NCBI GenBank assembly: GCA_964385715.1
Contig: CAYLRE010000001.1
Location: 1,672-65,671, forward strand
Direction: 5' to 3'
Source: an uncultured Planctomycetaceae bacterium
Lineage (GTDB): Bacteria; Planctomycetota; Planctomycetia; Pirellulales; UBA7805
DNA: 64,000 nucleotides
Part shown: positions 1 to 8,367 of the stretch, in pieces
Layout: each line of letters opens with the position of its first letter
Position numbering within the stretch: the stretch's first letter is position 1
The notes under the pieces: generated by a model
Databases searched by the model: none
What the model saw: the letters and a program-made list of their open reading frames with translations, nothing else
Told to the model about the DNA's origin: nothing
Translations under genes and position numbers: made by a program

Positions 1-1099
1 GGATTGGCTTACCGCCGACTCGTCGTACCGCCTCTTCCGCGGCGAGCAGCGAAGGTTCTTTCTTACCAAGCTTGAAGGAGTCGTAATCAAGCTGACCTTT
101 GAACGTCACGCTACCGGACTTGCCGACGACGTTTTTGACACTGGCGGCGGCGCGACGAAACGCCTTTTCAATTTCGGCCACAATCCGTTCGCGAAACTTC
201 GAGTCATGGCTTCTCGCTTCGGCTCGTACATGCACACGATCGCAAACCACGTTGGTCGCCGCCCCCCCTTCAAACACGCCAATGTTACTGGTCCCCCGCC
301 GGCGACCCTTTTCAATCAGGCCATGCCAGCCGTTGGTCTGCAGATCGGCAATTGCAAGCGAGGAGATTGCGATCGCGCTCACACCTCGTTCTGGCGCGCC
401 GCCGGCGTGACTCGCCAGACCGGTAACGTCGATCGTCATGCGGAAACCACCGGTCGCCCCGATCGTCATTTTGGAAGGCGACCCGCCGTCGAAATTGAAC
501 GCCAACTTAGGATCCCCCAGCAGCCCCATCGTGGCATGCCGAACGCCGTGAATGCCAATCTCTTCTTGCACCGTCCAAAAGAACGTCACCGGCGGATGCT
601 CGTCTCGGTTCAAGACATCGAGCGCCGCGAGCAACACGGCTGCAGCACCGGCCCGATCGTCCGCACCCAGTCCCGTGTTCGGATCCGCCGACTCGATGTA
701 ACCATCTTTCAGCACCGGCTGCGAACCAACGCAGACCGGCACCGTATCCATGTGGGCCATAAGCAAACGCCGGGGAGCACGACGAACAGCGGCCGCCCCC
801 TTGCCTGGCAGCTTGAGCACCAGGTTACCCACGTCGCCGGGCCGGACCGTGCGGCGATGGGCCTGATCGAACTTGATCGCGGAAGCCGGCGCCCCGGCGG
901 CGAGCAACATTTTGCGAATGAACTCGGCGACCTTCCCTTCCTCGCAGCTGATCCCTTCGATGGCCATCATCTCCATCACCAGCTTGAGCTCCGGCGTCAC
1001 CGTCGACTTGCCTGCCTTGCTGGCCCCCTTCTTTGCCTTCTTGGGTGCTGTCTTCTTTGCGGTCGCCTTTTTTGGGGCTGTCTTCTTCTTAGTGGCCAT
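1..1099 (-). CDS. M20/M42-family metallopeptidase (peptidase T-like); C-terminus runs off the window start
   Basis: This gene is absent from the ORF track because it has no stop codon inside the window. My reverse-strand translation from the ATG (complement of 1097-1099) reads MATKKKTAPKKATAKKTAPKKAKKGASKAGK...RRLLMAHMDTVPV...GLGADDRAGAAAV...WTVQEEIGIHG...GLASHAGGAPE. That is the HxD / D / EE / H ligand order of M20/M42 peptidases. The + strand ORF 206-1120 is its antisense shadow. Confidence 0.75.
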   Translation of the reverse strand, partial: MATKKKTAPKKATAKKTAPKKAKKGASKAGKSTVTPELKLVMEMMAIEGISCEEGKVAEFIRKMLLAAGAPASAIKFDQAHRRTVRPGDVGNLVLKLPGKGAAAVRRAPRRLLMAHMDTVPVCVGSQPVLKDGYIESADPNTGLGADDRAGAAAVLLAALDVLNRDEHPPVTFFWTVQEEIGIHGVRHATMGLLGDPKLAFNFDGGSPSKMTIGATGGFRMTIDVTGLASHAGGAPERGVSAIAISSLAIADLQTNGWHGLIEKGRRRGTSNIGVFEGGAATNVVCDRVHVRAEARSHDSKFRERIVAEIEKAFRRAAASVKNVVGKSGSVTFKGQLDYDSFKLGKKEPSLLAAEEAVRRVGGKPI

Positions 1100-1275
1100 C
1101 GTGTCGCGTATTCCTTCTAGGTAATTACCAAGCCGCTATTCTGATCGGGGGGACGAGCCACCGCCGGTTGCAGATCGGCCGCGAGCGCTTATCCTATCGA
1201 AAACCAAGTTCACCGAACAGCGTGTCACGACGCGATCACTTCAACGACGTGAGACACAGATCAAGAGAATCGCCC

Positions 1276-1713
1276 ATGCGAATTTTCTTAGCCGGCATCA
1301 TGCAGGGCTCCCATCGCTCCGCCGCCCTTCATGACCAGCACTACCGGGGACGTCTCAAGGAGTTGCTCAAAGAGCATCTGCCCGACGCCGACGTCTACGA
1401 CCCGCTGGCCGATCACGCCGGCTCACTGGAATACGGCGACGACAAAGGCCGCGAGGTGTTCACGGACCACTGTCAGATGTGCACCGAAGTTGACGTCGTG
1501 CTGGCCTTCGTGCCGGAAGCCTCGATGGGGACCGCCATCGAAATGTGGCAAGCCATGCAAAACGCTCGGGCTGTCATCACGATCAGCCCCCTCACGCTCA
1601 ATTGGGTCATCAAGTACGTCGGCCACCACAACTACGTCGACGAGGACGCCTTCGTCGCAGCACTCACCAGCGGCGAAGTTGCCGAGCGAATCGGCCAGAT
1701 TCTGGGATCGTGA
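1276..1713 (+). CDS. nucleoside 2-deoxyribosyltransferase-like Rossmann-fold protein (function uncertain)
   Basis: I use the internal ATG at 1276 of ORF 1168-1713. The protein begins MRIFLAGIMQGS and contains VPEASMGTAIEMWQA, which resembles the N-terminal beta-strand/glycine motif and the D/E-x-G-T-x-x-E-x-x-x-A motif of the NDT-like family. Confidence 0.45.
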   Translation: MRIFLAGIMQGSHRSAALHDQHYRGRLKELLKEHLPDADVYDPLADHAGSLEYGDDKGREVFTDHCQMCTEVDVVLAFVPEASMGTAIEMWQAMQNARAVITISPLTLNWVIKYVGHHNYVDEDAFVAALTSGEVAERIGQILGS

Positions 1714-1836
1714 GGCGTGGAGCGGAGTGTCTAGGCTGCCGAGCATCATTCCCTCACGCACGGCGGCGGGTAAAATAGAATGCGTGAACAACGAGTCGGG
1801 CACACAGCGATGCGCCCGTGGAGAGGATCTTCAACG

Positions 1837-2157
1837 ATGGCCGACGCAAACATGACCATGGAAACGATCGAACCGGTAGGACAACGGGTCCTGGTCCGCA
1901 AAGACGAAGAGAAGCGAACGACGCGCGGCGGCATTCATTTGCCGGACGAAGCCAAGACGCCCGTACTAACCGGCCGGGTTGTCGCAATCAGCGTGCAGAT
2001 CGACAGCGACCCCGACTACCCGCTGCAGAAGTACGACAAGGTTCTCATCGATCCTCGCAACGGCATTCCCGTCGAGCTTGAACACGACAACAAGCTGTTT
2101 ATCATCCCCATCGAAGATATCGTCGCCGTGTTCCGCAAGGACGATGGCGAAGAATAG
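1837..2157 (+). CDS. groES: GroES/Cpn10-family co-chaperonin (orphan, no adjacent groEL)
   Basis: I use the internal ATG at 1837 of ORF 1780-2157. The sequence MADANMTMETIEPVGQRVLVRKDEEKRTTRGGIHLPDEAK...GRVVAIS...IIPIEDIVAVF aligns by eye with the GroES mobile loop and beta-barrel pattern. Confidence 0.75.
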   Translation: MADANMTMETIEPVGQRVLVRKDEEKRTTRGGIHLPDEAKTPVLTGRVVAISVQIDSDPDYPLQKYDKVLIDPRNGIPVELEHDNKLFIIPIEDIVAVFRKDDGEE

Positions 2158-2164
2158 CTACCCG

Positions 2165-3574
2165 CTAACTCCACATGGAGCGAAGCGAGAAGACCAGCAG
2201 CGATGCCAGGCCGAAGATGGCCAAAAAAGTCTTGCCCTGTTCGATGGGCGTTGTGCCGACGACCGCCTGTAGATTGAATCCTTCGCCGGCCGTCTTGGAT
2301 TCCTGCGGATTAGGTGCCCCCTGAAGACCGCGGCCACCACGGCCACGGCTCGCAATGCCCCCACTTCCATCGGTAGACAGGCCCCGTCCCCCATCGGTAG
2401 AAAGGACAGCAGCGCCGCGACGCCCGGTGCTGCTCGAGTTCCAATCGGAACGTCGATCTGCGACCAGACGCCGCTGCGGCGCGCTTCCCATCGACGGCGT
2501 CCACGGTTGCACGAAATCTTCGTCTTCGCGCGAACGCTCGTCGTCGAATTGAACCAGCTGATCTGCTGCGTTTGCCGGCAACGGTCCCAACGCTGTCATG
2601 TCGGAACGAACCGGCTCCCTCGCGGCAGCCACCCGCGGCTCCCTGTTCTTATGAGCCTGAAACGGGTCGTGGTTCGGCGTACTCTTAGGTTGTGTTGGTC
2701 TCGCGGCTAACGGGTCGGAGGCGGATTGGCCTTGGGGATGATGCGGCACCTGTGACCCTCCCGGCGATGGCAAGCCGGTTCTGCCACGCTCGGTGGCTGC
2801 AAGTCTCCGGTCGATTTCGGAACTCGTGTTCGATTTCGCATCGGCGATCATCTCCTTTCCCTGATGGTCCAGGACGGGCGTCACGTTGGCAATGAAATTG
2901 CCGACCCGCCCACAAAAACTGCCCACGGTCCGCCCGCGAGCCGCCCCCAGAAGCACTCCCGCAAGTTGCCCCTGTTGGTTGAAAATCGGTCCGCCAGAAT
3001 CGCCTTGGCGCGCTTCGGTTCCCAGTTCGACAATCTCGAAAGGGTGGCCGTCGCCCGGCGACAGATATTGCAAACATCGTCCGCTGGCCGCGCGGTAGCT
3101 GCCGCTACCGTAGCCGGCGATGGTAAGAACTTCGCCCTTCTGGGGCGGTCGGGTTGAGAGCTCGACGGGCTCCACGTCAGGTCGCCAAATGCCGATCGCC
3201 GCTAAGTCCCAATCCTTGTCGACCTTCATCACTTTTCCGCCACTGCGGAAACCGTTCGGGAAGACGACCTCGACCGGTCCCTTCGCGTCGCGCACCACAT
3301 GCCAATTGGTCAGCACCAGACCATGCGTGTCGGTGACGTGAATCAGCGTGCCGGAGCCGAGCGAGTTACTGTTGTTGTCCGGCGCAATCACCCGCACCAC
3401 CGCCGGATGCGGCCTCTGGCTAACGGGCCGCCGACTTTGCGGCTGCGCAGGTGGATGCTGCACAACGGGACGAGCCGGGCGCACGGGCTGGGCCACCGTC
3501 GACGTAACGGGGACCGCGGGCGCAACAGAACGAGGCTGGGCGACAACGGCCGGTCGCGCAGGCACTTGCTGCAC
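2165..3574 (-). CDS. trypsin-like (S1/HtrA-type) serine protease with Pro-rich N-terminal linker and C-terminal hydrophobic helix
   Basis: The catalytic-triad context is present: His in GSGTLIHVTDTHGLVLTNWHVV, Asp in DWDLAAI and Ser in GDSGGPIFN. The C-terminal TFLAIFGLASLLVFSL is a predicted TM helix. The track start is a GTG, and the real N-terminus is unclear (see the 3638-3733 feature). Confidence 0.8.
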   Translation of the reverse strand: MQQVPARPAVVAQPRSVAPAVPVTSTVAQPVRPARPVVQHPPAQPQSRRPVSQRPHPAVVRVIAPDNNSNSLGSGTLIHVTDTHGLVLTNWHVVRDAKGPVEVVFPNGFRSGGKVMKVDKDWDLAAIGIWRPDVEPVELSTRPPQKGEVLTIAGYGSGSYRAASGRCLQYLSPGDGHPFEIVELGTEARQGDSGGPIFNQQGQLAGVLLGAARGRTVGSFCGRVGNFIANVTPVLDHQGKEMIADAKSNTSSEIDRRLAATERGRTGLPSPGGSQVPHHPQGQSASDPLAARPTQPKSTPNHDPFQAHKNREPRVAAAREPVRSDMTALGPLPANAADQLVQFDDERSREDEDFVQPWTPSMGSAPQRRLVADRRSDWNSSSTGRRGAAVLSTDGGRGLSTDGSGGIASRGRGGRGLQGAPNPQESKTAGEGFNLQAVVGTTPIEQGKTFLAIFGLASLLVFSLRSMWS

Positions 3575-3637
3575 GGGCGTTGAAACCGCAGGCGCGGAAA
3601 CGGGTGGACGAGGACCTCGTCGCAGCCAGGTGGGAGG

Positions 3638-3733
3638 TCACGTTCCGCCCGGCGCGCAGGACTGCGCAGCGGCAGGATTCGGTGACATCACGATCGCAGC
3701 AAGCGCGATCGCCCATAAAAATAGACGCGACAT
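3638..3733 (-). other. 31-codon Sec-type signal-peptide ORF, in frame with the downstream protease and ending at TGA (3640-3638)
   Basis: The ATG (complement of 3731-3733) is followed by MSRLFLWAIALAAIVMSPNPAAAQSCAPGGT, then TGA. The distance 3733 minus 3574 is 159 nt (53 codons), so this ORF shares the reading frame of the protease ORF. Confidence 0.55.
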
Positions 3734-3876
3734 ATAGAGGTAACCCGTTCTACCAAACCCAAAAACATCAAGGTTGGTCGCGTTCCGTCGCGTCAGTCAA
3801 TTATCCGGTGCTCATGAAAAAGTCGATCCGTCTGAGCACGCTGATCTAGATATCGACCAGGCTGTGAGCCGATGTG

Positions 3877-3910
3877 CAAAAGAAAATTGCCGCACCGAAA
3901 GCTCTACGGC
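3877..3910 (-). terminator. weak candidate intrinsic terminator downstream of the DAHP synthase gene
   Basis: The minus strand reads GCCGTAgagctttcggTGCGGC, a 6-bp stem that includes one GU pair. It is followed by AATTTTCTTTTG, about 100 nt after the stop at 4008. Confidence 0.3.
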
Positions 3911-4007
3911 ATCAGCTCACCTGACAACACCGCTGCGTCTAAGAGATCCGCGCCAGCGGGACGAATCGGAAGAGTTTAACAGGGCACGCAGCGGTTAGAA
4001 CGCCGCC

Positions 4008-5345
4008 CTAACCGTCCATGCGGCGGGCGATTAGCAGGGCCATCTCGAGAGCCTGCTCGTAGTTGAGTCGGGGGTCGACCTGGCTCTTGTACATCCGCTT
4101 GAGGTCATCTTCGGCCAGGCCACGGGCACCACCAAGACATTCCGTGACGTTCTCGCCGGTCATCTCGAAGTGGACGCCGCCGAGCCAGGTGCCGTGATCG
4201 CGGTGAATCGTGAAGGCCGAATCGAGCTCTCGCAGGATGTTATCGAAGTGCCGCGTCTTGATGCCATCGGGTGTCGACTCGGTATTGCCGTGCATCGGGT
4301 CGCACATCCAGACGACCACCTGACCGGCGTCCTTAATCGCCTTGATCAGGGTCGGCAGGTTGGCTTCGATCTTGTCGGCACCGAAGCGGTGGATCAACGT
4401 CAGCCGGCCAGCAACGCGATTCGGATTGAGCACCTCGGCCAGATCGATCAGCTCTTTGGGCGAAATGTCGTGGCCGACTTTCACGCCGATCGGATTCTCG
4501 ATGCCGCGGAAGAATTCGATATGGGCCCCGTCGAGGTCGCGGGTGCGATTGCCGATCCAGGGGAAGTGGGTCGTCAAGTCGTACCAGCCGGTTCGGCGTG
4601 GCACGCTTCGGGTTTGGGCCTCTTCATACGGAAGATGCAGCCCCTCGTGGCTAGAGAAGACCTCGGCCCGGCTCAGCTCACTGAGAGAGCTACCGGCAAC
4701 CGTTTCCAGGAAGCGGATCGAATCGGAGATCTTACCGACCATGGAGTGGTATTCATCGGCCTGGGACGAATGGCCGACGAAGTCGAGATCCCAATAGTCG
4801 GGATGATGCAGATCGGCAAAACCACCGGCGGTCAGGGCACGAATGAAGTTGAGCGTCATCGCTGCCCGTTCGTAACCCCGCAGCAGCAGCTCGGGATCGG
4901 GTACGCGATCTTCTTCGGTGAAGGCAATGCGATTGATTAAGTCGCCGCGATAGCTGGGCAACGTGACATCGTCGCGGGTTTCGGTATCGGCCGAGCGCGG
5001 CTTGGCATACTGACCGGCGAAACGACCGACGCGGGTGACTCGCTTCTTACAGCCGTAGACGAGGATCAAACTCATCTGCAGCAAGATCTTGATCTTGTCC
5101 GCGATGACGGCTGAATTGCAGTCGTCGAATGACTCACTGCAATCGCCACCTTGTAGCACGAAGCGTTCGCCACGAGCGGCTTCGGCCAGCTGGGACTTGA
5201 GCGATTCAACTTCCCAGCTGGTCACCAGCGTGGGCAATTCACGAAGTCGATCGAGAACCGCATCAAGCGCTGCGGGATCCTGATAGGTCGGTTGTTGCGT
5301 AACCGACTTTTCTCGCCACGATCGTGGGGACCAGCTTTCGGACAT
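4008..5345 (-). CDS. 3-deoxy-7-phosphoheptulonate (DAHP) synthase, class II (plant/actinobacterial type)
   Basis: The product is 445 aa and contains SWREKSVTQQPTY...RFVLQGGDCSESF...GRFAGQYAKPRS...WMCDPMHGNT, which are hallmark class II DAHPS blocks. Confidence 0.9.
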   Translation of the reverse strand: MSESWSPRSWREKSVTQQPTYQDPAALDAVLDRLRELPTLVTSWEVESLKSQLAEAARGERFVLQGGDCSESFDDCNSAVIADKIKILLQMSLILVYGCKKRVTRVGRFAGQYAKPRSADTETRDDVTLPSYRGDLINRIAFTEEDRVPDPELLLRGYERAAMTLNFIRALTAGGFADLHHPDYWDLDFVGHSSQADEYHSMVGKISDSIRFLETVAGSSLSELSRAEVFSSHEGLHLPYEEAQTRSVPRRTGWYDLTTHFPWIGNRTRDLDGAHIEFFRGIENPIGVKVGHDISPKELIDLAEVLNPNRVAGRLTLIHRFGADKIEANLPTLIKAIKDAGQVVVWMCDPMHGNTESTPDGIKTRHFDNILRELDSAFTIHRDHGTWLGGVHFEMTGENVTECLGGARGLAEDDLKRMYKSQVDPRLNYEQALEMALLIARRMDG

Positions 5346-5450
5346 CGCTTACATCTCGCGCAGGAAGTGAAACGATTGTCACGGCGGCGCACCCGCACCA
5401 AGATTGCTAACTCACGGGCGGTGCATCGATCGCTCGGAGTGGGCCCCGTG

Positions 5451-5768
5451 CTACTTAGCCGTAACGATCTTGCCGATCTCGACCGTCGTGTAGAGTTGGC
5501 GGTGGCCCGTCTTACGTCGCGAGTTCTTACGGCGACGAATCTTCTGAACGACGAGCTTCGGTCCCTGTTCGACGCCGACCACCTTGGCCGTTACCGAGGC
5601 ACCTTCGACAGTGGGTCGACCGACGGAAGTTCCGTCATCGTCACCAACGACGAGCACCTTGTCGAACTCCAGTTCGTCACCTTCCGCCGCCTGGCGATAG
5701 TCGACCTTGAGCTGCTGACCTTCTTCTACTTTGAACTGACGACCGCGGTCGGTAATGATGGCGTACAT
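5451..5768 (-). CDS. rplU: 50S ribosomal protein L21
   Basis: I use the internal ATG at 5768 of ORF 5451-5867. The sequence is MYAIITDRGRQFKVEEGQQLKVD...KIRRRKNSRRKTGHRQLYTTVEI. Confidence 0.9.
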   Translation of the reverse strand: MYAIITDRGRQFKVEEGQQLKVDYRQAAEGDELEFDKVLVVGDDDGTSVGRPTVEGASVTAKVVGVEQGPKLVVQKIRRRKNSRRKTGHRQLYTTVEIGKIVTAK

Positions 5769-6017
5769 GCTGCTAACACCGTAAGGGCGACGGGAAAAGA
5801 CGAACGGAACACACACGACCCCGGCCAGGCACCAGATGCCCACCCAAGGGACACGCTCTGAGCTCACCAGGCACGTCCGGGGCTCACCGGGGAAACGACT
5901 AATTTAACCAAAATCTCGCACGCGGTCGAGTGGCCAAAGTCGCCAGTTTTGGCCCGTTTTCCGGTCTCTAGGGGGCCATTCGGCGCCGCTGTGGACCCCT
6001 CTCCGAGGCCGGAATCC

Positions 6018-7682
6018 CTACGAGGCCGGAGTTTTGACCGTGCGACCTGCCTGATCGACACACTCGATGACCGATTCCTCGGGCATCATGCCTTCTTCGC
6101 TGACGACGGTTATCGAGACCTCTGCCTCATCCTCCAACCGGGAAAGCTCGCGGCGTTTCTGGTTGTTGAGGTAGGTGGCGACCTCGTCGTTGACCGTGAC
6201 CGTTATACGATCGACTTTTTCGGTCTGATTCGCCCGCAAAAGATTGCGAATTACTTCGATCGCCATACTCGACGGAGTCTTTACCAGACCAGTTCCGGCA
6301 CAGCAGGGACAATCGCGATAGACGCTCCGCTTTAGGCTGGGGCGAATTCGCTGCCGGGTCATTTCGATCAGACCAAAGGGGCTCGTCCGCAAAATCTTGG
6401 TACGAGCCCGATCTCGCTTGACCGCATCACGTAGAGTACGCTCGACGCCGCGACGATGCTTTTCCTTCCGCATGTCGATGAAGTCGTTGACGACCACGCC
6501 GCCTAGATCGCGGAGTCGTAGCTGTCGGGCAATCTCTTTGGCGGCCAACTGATTGACCTGAAACGCGGTTTCTTCGGCCGAATCATCGACGCGGAAGTTA
6601 CCACTGTTGACGTCAATCGCGACCAGGGCTTCGGTCGAGTCGATCACGATCGAACCGCCTCGCTTGAGCGGCACCTCGCGCATGTGAATCTTGGCGATCT
6701 CCTGCTCCAGCTGGAACTTGTGGAACAGCGGTTCCTTGCCGTCGTACAGCTGCAAGCGGCCGACGTGCCGGGGCATCACCATCTGCAAGAAATCTTTGGC
6801 CCGTTCGTACGCCTGCGGCTCGTCGATATGAATCGAGTCGACCTCGCTGGAAAAGATATCGCGAATGGTGCGGATGATCAGATCGCTTTCTTCGTAGATC
6901 GTTTCCGGACCGCTGCCTTTCTTGATGCGGCGGACGATCACCTTCCAGAGCCGCAACAGGTACGCCATATCGCGCGAAAGCTCACGCTTGGTGCGGCCAG
7001 CACCGGCGGTACGAATAATGAAGCCCAAGCCCTTGGGCGGATTCAGCTCCAACAACACATCTCGCAGGCGACGACGGTCATCGTCGTCTTCGATCTTTCG
7101 AGAAACCCCGACGCGACCGAGTGCCGGCATCAACACCAGATAGCGGCCCGGGATGCTGATGTAGGTGGAGAGGGTCGGTCCCTTGGTACCGATGCCTTCC
7201 TTGATCACCTGGACAAGCACCTCATCGCCTCGGCGGAGGATTTCCTGGATTGGCGGTTTGACACGGGGACGCGCTCCCGGACGCGGCGGTCGTTGGCCGC
7301 GACGACGCTGGCCCGATCGACCATTGCCGTTACCGTTGCCATTCTCGCCACCCTCGGCGTCCCCTTCAGATTCTTCATTGCCCGAGCGTCCGCGACGCGA
7401 GTCTCCTCGCTCGATCGGCTTGTTGGGATCGTAACCACCCTGGCGATAGTATTGCGGTTCAATGTCGCTGATGTGCAAGAAGCCGTTGCGCCCGACCCCG
7501 AAGTCGACGAACGCGGCCTGAATGCTCGGCTCGAGGTTGACGACGACGCCCTTGTAGACATTGCCGACGTAGTTGTCCTGATCGGTACGTTCGACGTAGA
7601 GCTCTTCCAAGACTCCGTCTTCAACGATGGCAATCCGCGATTCCTCGGGCTGCCGAACGTTGATTAGCATTTCCTGTTTCAT
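6018..7682 (-). CDS. rng: ribonuclease E/G family endoribonuclease
   Basis: MLINVRQPEESRIAIVEDGVLEELYVE...GNVYKGVVVNLEPSIQAAFVDFG is the S1 domain, and it is followed by catalytic-core blocks. There is an internal R/G/N/E-rich insertion at about 7270-7400. The product is 554 aa and lacks a long RNase E scaffold tail. Confidence 0.85.
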   Translation of the reverse strand: MKQEMLINVRQPEESRIAIVEDGVLEELYVERTDQDNYVGNVYKGVVVNLEPSIQAAFVDFGVGRNGFLHISDIEPQYYRQGGYDPNKPIERGDSRRGRSGNEESEGDAEGGENGNGNGNGRSGQRRRGQRPPRPGARPRVKPPIQEILRRGDEVLVQVIKEGIGTKGPTLSTYISIPGRYLVLMPALGRVGVSRKIEDDDDRRRLRDVLLELNPPKGLGFIIRTAGAGRTKRELSRDMAYLLRLWKVIVRRIKKGSGPETIYEESDLIIRTIRDIFSSEVDSIHIDEPQAYERAKDFLQMVMPRHVGRLQLYDGKEPLFHKFQLEQEIAKIHMREVPLKRGGSIVIDSTEALVAIDVNSGNFRVDDSAEETAFQVNQLAAKEIARQLRLRDLGGVVVNDFIDMRKEKHRRGVERTLRDAVKRDRARTKILRTSPFGLIEMTRQRIRPSLKRSVYRDCPCCAGTGLVKTPSSMAIEVIRNLLRANQTEKVDRITVTVNDEVATYLNNQKRRELSRLEDEAEVSITVVSEEGMMPEESVIECVDQAGRTVKTPAS

Positions 7683-8323
7683 GTTGTAACTTTCTCGTTG
7701 TGTAAGCTCACGGCGGTGCGTCTCAGCAAGCTTCCATCGCGCTCCAGTTCGGCAAGTCCCAGAACCACCAGAATCTCGCGGGGCCGCACCGACGCATCGC
7801 GCGTCGTGCGAAGCTGCATTTGCAGTCCCTGTTCGGTCAATTCCAGTCGTTCCACGTCGCGCCTTATGTCAACCGGTTCGGTTCGCTTTTCGCGATCGAC
7901 AAAATGCGACGTCTCTGCCATGAACTCGACGATCGCCGCCTCCGCAGAGTCGCGACGATCCGCCGGCACGGGAAACTCAAATAGGACGCTCTCCACCTGT
8001 GCTTTCTTGCTACCCTCTGGCATCTTCTCCACCGAATGGAAAACAAGCCCGGGCACGGTATGTTCGTTTAAGGTCGCCAACAATTCGGCGGCCTCTGTCT
8101 CGGCGGCCAGTTCCAATTCCATCACCTCGTCGTTCGAGGCGATGCCAACGGCCAGGGCCAAAGGAAAGCTCATCCGTGGTTTAGGATGAAATCCTTCGGT
8201 CATACTCAATTTCAAATCCGCTCGCCGGAAGAGTCGCTCCATGACACGCAGCAAATCTCGATGTCCGATCCAGCGGAGATCGTCCCGCTTGGCAAATCGA
8301 ATTCTCATTCGCTGTCGAATCAT
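7679..8323 (-). CDS. TIGR03936-type radical-SAM-associated protein (DUF2344-like)
   Basis: The sequence MRIRFAKRDDLRWIGHRDLLRVMERLFRRADLKLSMTEGFHPKPRMSF matches this family. Its stop overlaps the rng start by 4 nt (ATGA at 7679-7682). Confidence 0.7.
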   Translation of the reverse strand: MIRQRMRIRFAKRDDLRWIGHRDLLRVMERLFRRADLKLSMTEGFHPKPRMSFPLALAVGIASNDEVMELELAAETEAAELLATLNEHTVPGLVFHSVEKMPEGSKKAQVESVLFEFPVPADRRDSAEAAIVEFMAETSHFVDREKRTEPVDIRRDVERLELTEQGLQMQLRTTRDASVRPREILVVLGLAELERDGSLLRRTAVSLHNEKVTT

Positions 8324-8367
8324 ATCGATAACTCTTCACCGCGATTTCGTTCCTGAGCCGCCATCTG

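Noticed and set aside
206-1120. A 304-aa + strand ORF, with a nested 83-aa ORF at 873-1124.
   Set aside because: The product is Arg/Pro/His-rich nonsense. It lies exactly antisense to a well-supported M20 peptidase gene that the track misses because it runs off the window. It is a typical high-GC shadow ORF.
3928-3994. A long-range inverted repeat, ACCGCTGCGT ... ACGCAGCGGT, downstream of the DAHP synthase gene.
   Set aside because: The arms are 10 bp but are separated by 47 nt of loop, and there is no U-tract. The evidence for a terminator or riboswitch-like function is too weak.
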